From positions 1-58,366 of the forward strand of contig JAAOZP010000007.1 of the NCBI GenBank assembly GCA_011605725.1: 58,366 bases of DNA, in the 5' to 3' direction. The notes beneath the pieces were generated by a model. It worked only from the letters and a program-made list of their open reading frames with translations, made no database searches and was not told the DNA's origin. Positions 56,034 to 58,366 of this stretch are shown here, piece by piece (the first letter of the stretch is position 1; each line of letters starts with the position of its first letter). The position numbers and the translations under genes are program-made. This stretch comes from Nitrososphaerota archaeon. Lineage in GTDB: Archaea; Thermoproteota; EX4484-205; JAAOZP01.

Positions 56034-57293
56034 ATGCTGATTAGGATACCTTTCGGCAATGGGGTTGAGGAGTGTGAGGTTGAGGATTCTAGGATCCAAG
56101 CTCTTCTTGAGCCGTCTTGGCCTATGCCGGCTGACCCGGATGCTTGCGTGGAAAGAGCTTTATTAAACCCAGTAGGTTCTAAAAGCCTCAGAGAGCTGGC
56201 TAAGAAAGCGAGTAGAATACTCGTCATCACCAGCGATAACACTAGACCCGTTCCAAGCAAGGTCACTCTTCCACAGCTCATAGGAAAGATAAAGGAAGCA
56301 TCTCCCTCAGCCTCGATACGTCTCCTAATTGCAACTGGCCTACACGAATGGTCTCCAAGTAGAAGCGAGTTAAGCAGTAGGTTCGGCCCAGCGCTGGATC
56401 ATCTAGAGGAAGTTGTTATTCACTCTGCTAAAAATAGTAGTTCACTTCTGAACCTTGGAAAGCTTTCCACTGGAAACAGGCTTTTCGTGAACGAACTCTT
56501 AAGGGAAGTGGATTTGATAATTGCTGAAGGATATATAGAGGGCCATTTCTTCGCTGGATTCACAGGAGGGCCTAAGAGCATTCTCCCAGGGGTTTCAGGG
56601 GTTGATACAATAATGAATAACCATTCTCCGAGAAACATCGACCATCCGAATGCTAGGTGTGGAGTGGCTGAGGGAAACCCTATTTATGAGGAGATGCTGG
56701 AGGCAGCGCGTCTGGCAGGCCTAGACTTCATACTGAACGTGGTGCTGGATGGAAAGAAGAGAATTCTTTCAGCGTTCGCAGGAGACCCTGTTGAGGCCCA
56801 TAGGAGCGGGCGTGTCTTCACCCTGGAATGCTGCAGGGTTAAACCGGTTCCGGGAGACATAGTCGTGACATCAAACGGGGGCTATCCTCTAGACAGAAAC
56901 CTCTACCAGCTTGTCAAAGGCATTTCAAACGGTGCTCTAACAGCCAAAGAGGGTGGGGTCATCATAGCCTGTGGCGAGTGTACGGACGGGGTTGGACACC
57001 AAGGATTCTACGAGATGCTTGCTTCCTCAAGTAGTCCAAGCGAGTTTCTAAGGAGGTTAAGGGCTGGCGAAATATGGCGGGAAGCACAATGGGAGGCTCA
57101 GGTCTTAGCTAAAGTTTTAGAGAAGTTTAGCGTCATAGTGGTTTCGAGGGGCGTGGATTCAAAAACAGTTGAATCAATGCATATGATGCACGCTAAAACT
57201 TTGAAGGAAGGCTTGGAAATTGCTTTGAACCTTAAGCCCCGGGGAAAGATAACTCTTCTTCCAGACGGTCCCTCTGCAATACCTCTTCCATGA
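56034..57293 (+). CDS. larA: Nickel-pincer-dependent lactate racemase family (LarA)
   Basis: SDNTRP, ATGLH, HFFAGFTGGPKSILPG, GGYPLD.NLYQ..K. Confidence 0.88.
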   Translation: MLIRIPFGNGVEECEVEDSRIQALLEPSWPMPADPDACVERALLNPVGSKSLRELAKKASRILVITSDNTRPVPSKVTLPQLIGKIKEASPSASIRLLIATGLHEWSPSRSELSSRFGPALDHLEEVVIHSAKNSSSLLNLGKLSTGNRLFVNELLREVDLIIAEGYIEGHFFAGFTGGPKSILPGVSGVDTIMNNHSPRNIDHPNARCGVAEGNPIYEEMLEAARLAGLDFILNVVLDGKKRILSAFAGDPVEAHRSGRVFTLECCRVKPVPGDIVVTSNGGYPLDRNLYQLVKGISNGALTAKEGGVIIACGECTDGVGHQGFYEMLASSSSPSEFLRRLRAGEIWREAQWEAQVLAKVLEKFSVIVVSRGVDSKTVESMHMMHAKTLKEGLEIALNLKPRGKITLLPDGPSAIPLP

Positions 57294-57310
57294 ATCTCGG
57301 GTAGCGGAAA

Positions 57311-57922
57311 CTACCATCTGGTAAACTCGGCTGTTTTATCTCTCTTCGGGGCAATGCCGGATGTGTGCACAAGATACCTGATCTGGGAAGAAGCCTCTAT
57401 CATACAGGTGACATGGTATGCCTCTTCAAGGAGTTTGGCTGCAGTGAATGTTCCATGCCCCCTTACGACAACACCCTTGTAATGCTTAAGCGCTTCAGAA
57501 ACCTTTTCCTCAAGCTCTTTGGAGCCACTCACCTCTTTAACGACCAGCACAGGTATCTTCCTTAGCACGTAGTCCCCTTCAGCATCCATCGGTATTATCT
57601 CGTCGAAAATCAGTGAACAGACTATGGAGTATGGCGGATGCGCATGTACAACAGCCAAGGCTGAAGTATTCAGGTAAATGGCCCTGTGAACCATTGTTTC
57701 AGAGGAGCTTAAAAGTATGGAGCTATCATCCTCGAAAAGATCAACCTCCACAACATCTTCAGGGCCTATCTCGTCCGCAGCCGCACCCCTCCTCTTTATG
57801 TACATCTTGTCCCCTACTCTCACACTTATATTCCCACTATGACTAACCATGTAGCCCTTGTCGAAAAGCTTTTTCCCATACTTGGCGATTTCTCTCCAAA
57901 TCTCGCCCGAATTAGACTGCAT
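57311..57922 (-). CDS. Class II aldolase/adducin family (fuculose-1-phosphate aldolase-like)
   Basis: SGNIS.R, SSE..HRAIY, VHAHPPY, RGHG; likely start at the ATG 57922. Confidence 0.85.
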   Translation of the reverse strand: MQSNSGEIWREIAKYGKKLFDKGYMVSHSGNISVRVGDKMYIKRRGAAADEIGPEDVVEVDLFEDDSSILLSSSETMVHRAIYLNTSALAVVHAHPPYSIVCSLIFDEIIPMDAEGDYVLRKIPVLVVKEVSGSKELEEKVSEALKHYKGVVVRGHGTFTAAKLLEEAYHVTCMIEASSQIRYLVHTSGIAPKRDKTAEFTRW

Positions 57923-58170
57923 ACTTCCCTTCCCCCAACTCTGATTTACGGCAGATGCCATGGGGAATTAAACTTTAGCCTCAGCTAAACCAATTTGTCA
58001 ATATCGAAAATACTGCCTACGCTTTGGCTAGAACTGGAAAATCCTGATTCATAGCCTTAAGGCTTCTTAGCACGCTCCACATGAGAATGGGTGGAAGGGC
58101 TGAAGAGTGCGAGTTAGCTCATGAGCAACAGTATATGCTTAAATATGATTTTCTCCTATTCTTCTTGGAA

Positions 58171-58366
58171 ATGAAAGTTGAAGACACTGAGCTCAAGAAG
58201 CTCTTCCTAGAGCTCCTTGATAAGGACGAGGAGTTCCGTTACGCCGTGTCTGGAAGACTAGGGTTATCCGAGATCTTGAAGAAGCTCGATACGCTTTGGG
58301 AGGAGGTTAAGCTGTTGAGAGAGGAGCAGAACAAGCTTTGGGAAGGTCAAAACAGGCTTTGGGAGG
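58171..58366 (+). CDS. Archaeal coiled-coil heptad-repeat protein (DUF3782/PD-(D/E)XK-associated family), partial
   Basis: Manual translation: MKVEDTELKKLFLELLDKDEEFRYAVSGRLGLSEILKKLDTLWEEVKLLREEQNKLWEGQNRLWE; DEEFRYAV.G.LG is a hallmark. Confidence 0.75.
   Translation, partial: MKVEDTELKKLFLELLDKDEEFRYAVSGRLGLSEILKKLDTLWEEVKLLREEQNKLWEGQNRLWE

Noticed and set aside
1098-57846. Many 60-190 aa ORFs antisense to or nested in real genes (for example 8862-9377, 13653-14180, 31415-31975, 33191-33727)
   Set aside because: They have no recognisable motifs and lie fully within well-supported CDSs.
1-58366. CRISPR array, tRNA/rRNA, IS elements, or an integron explanation for the GC tracts
   Set aside because: By eye I found no regularly spaced repeats, cloverleaf, transposase or integrase. 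The GC tracts lack attC-like structure and flank broken genes rather than intact ones.

Overview
This is a gene-dense archaeal window. It has TATA-box promoters about 25 nt before many start codons, a stand-alone GMP synthase B subunit and archaeal Moco genes. The gene content fits an anaerobic heterotroph or methylotroph of the TACK group; MtaB plus many CAZymes resembles Ca. Brockarchaeota, which is an inference. Main contents: a methyltransferase module (MtaB, an ASKHA corrinoid activase and a UroD/MtaA-like protein), three ABC exporters with DUF1854, several glycosidases (GH106-like, GH2, GH4, sialidase-like, beta-propeller), an EtfBA-LctD-like cluster, LarA, an amino-sugar acetylation/deacetylation cluster, moaDECB and moaA, and a PadR-ABC-MacB-rhomboid operon. 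I saw no rRNA, tRNA, CRISPR array or transposase. The most unusual signal is a set of self-complementary (GC)3-5 tracts, often in the context GCGCGCTA. They sit exactly at the junctions between truncated gene fragments (236, 407, 627, 39920, 40348), and one of them fuses two OPT-like transporter paralog fragments in frame. This suggests a deletion or end-joining process that leaves a (GC)n scar. All family calls come from motif recognition by eye, not from database searches.
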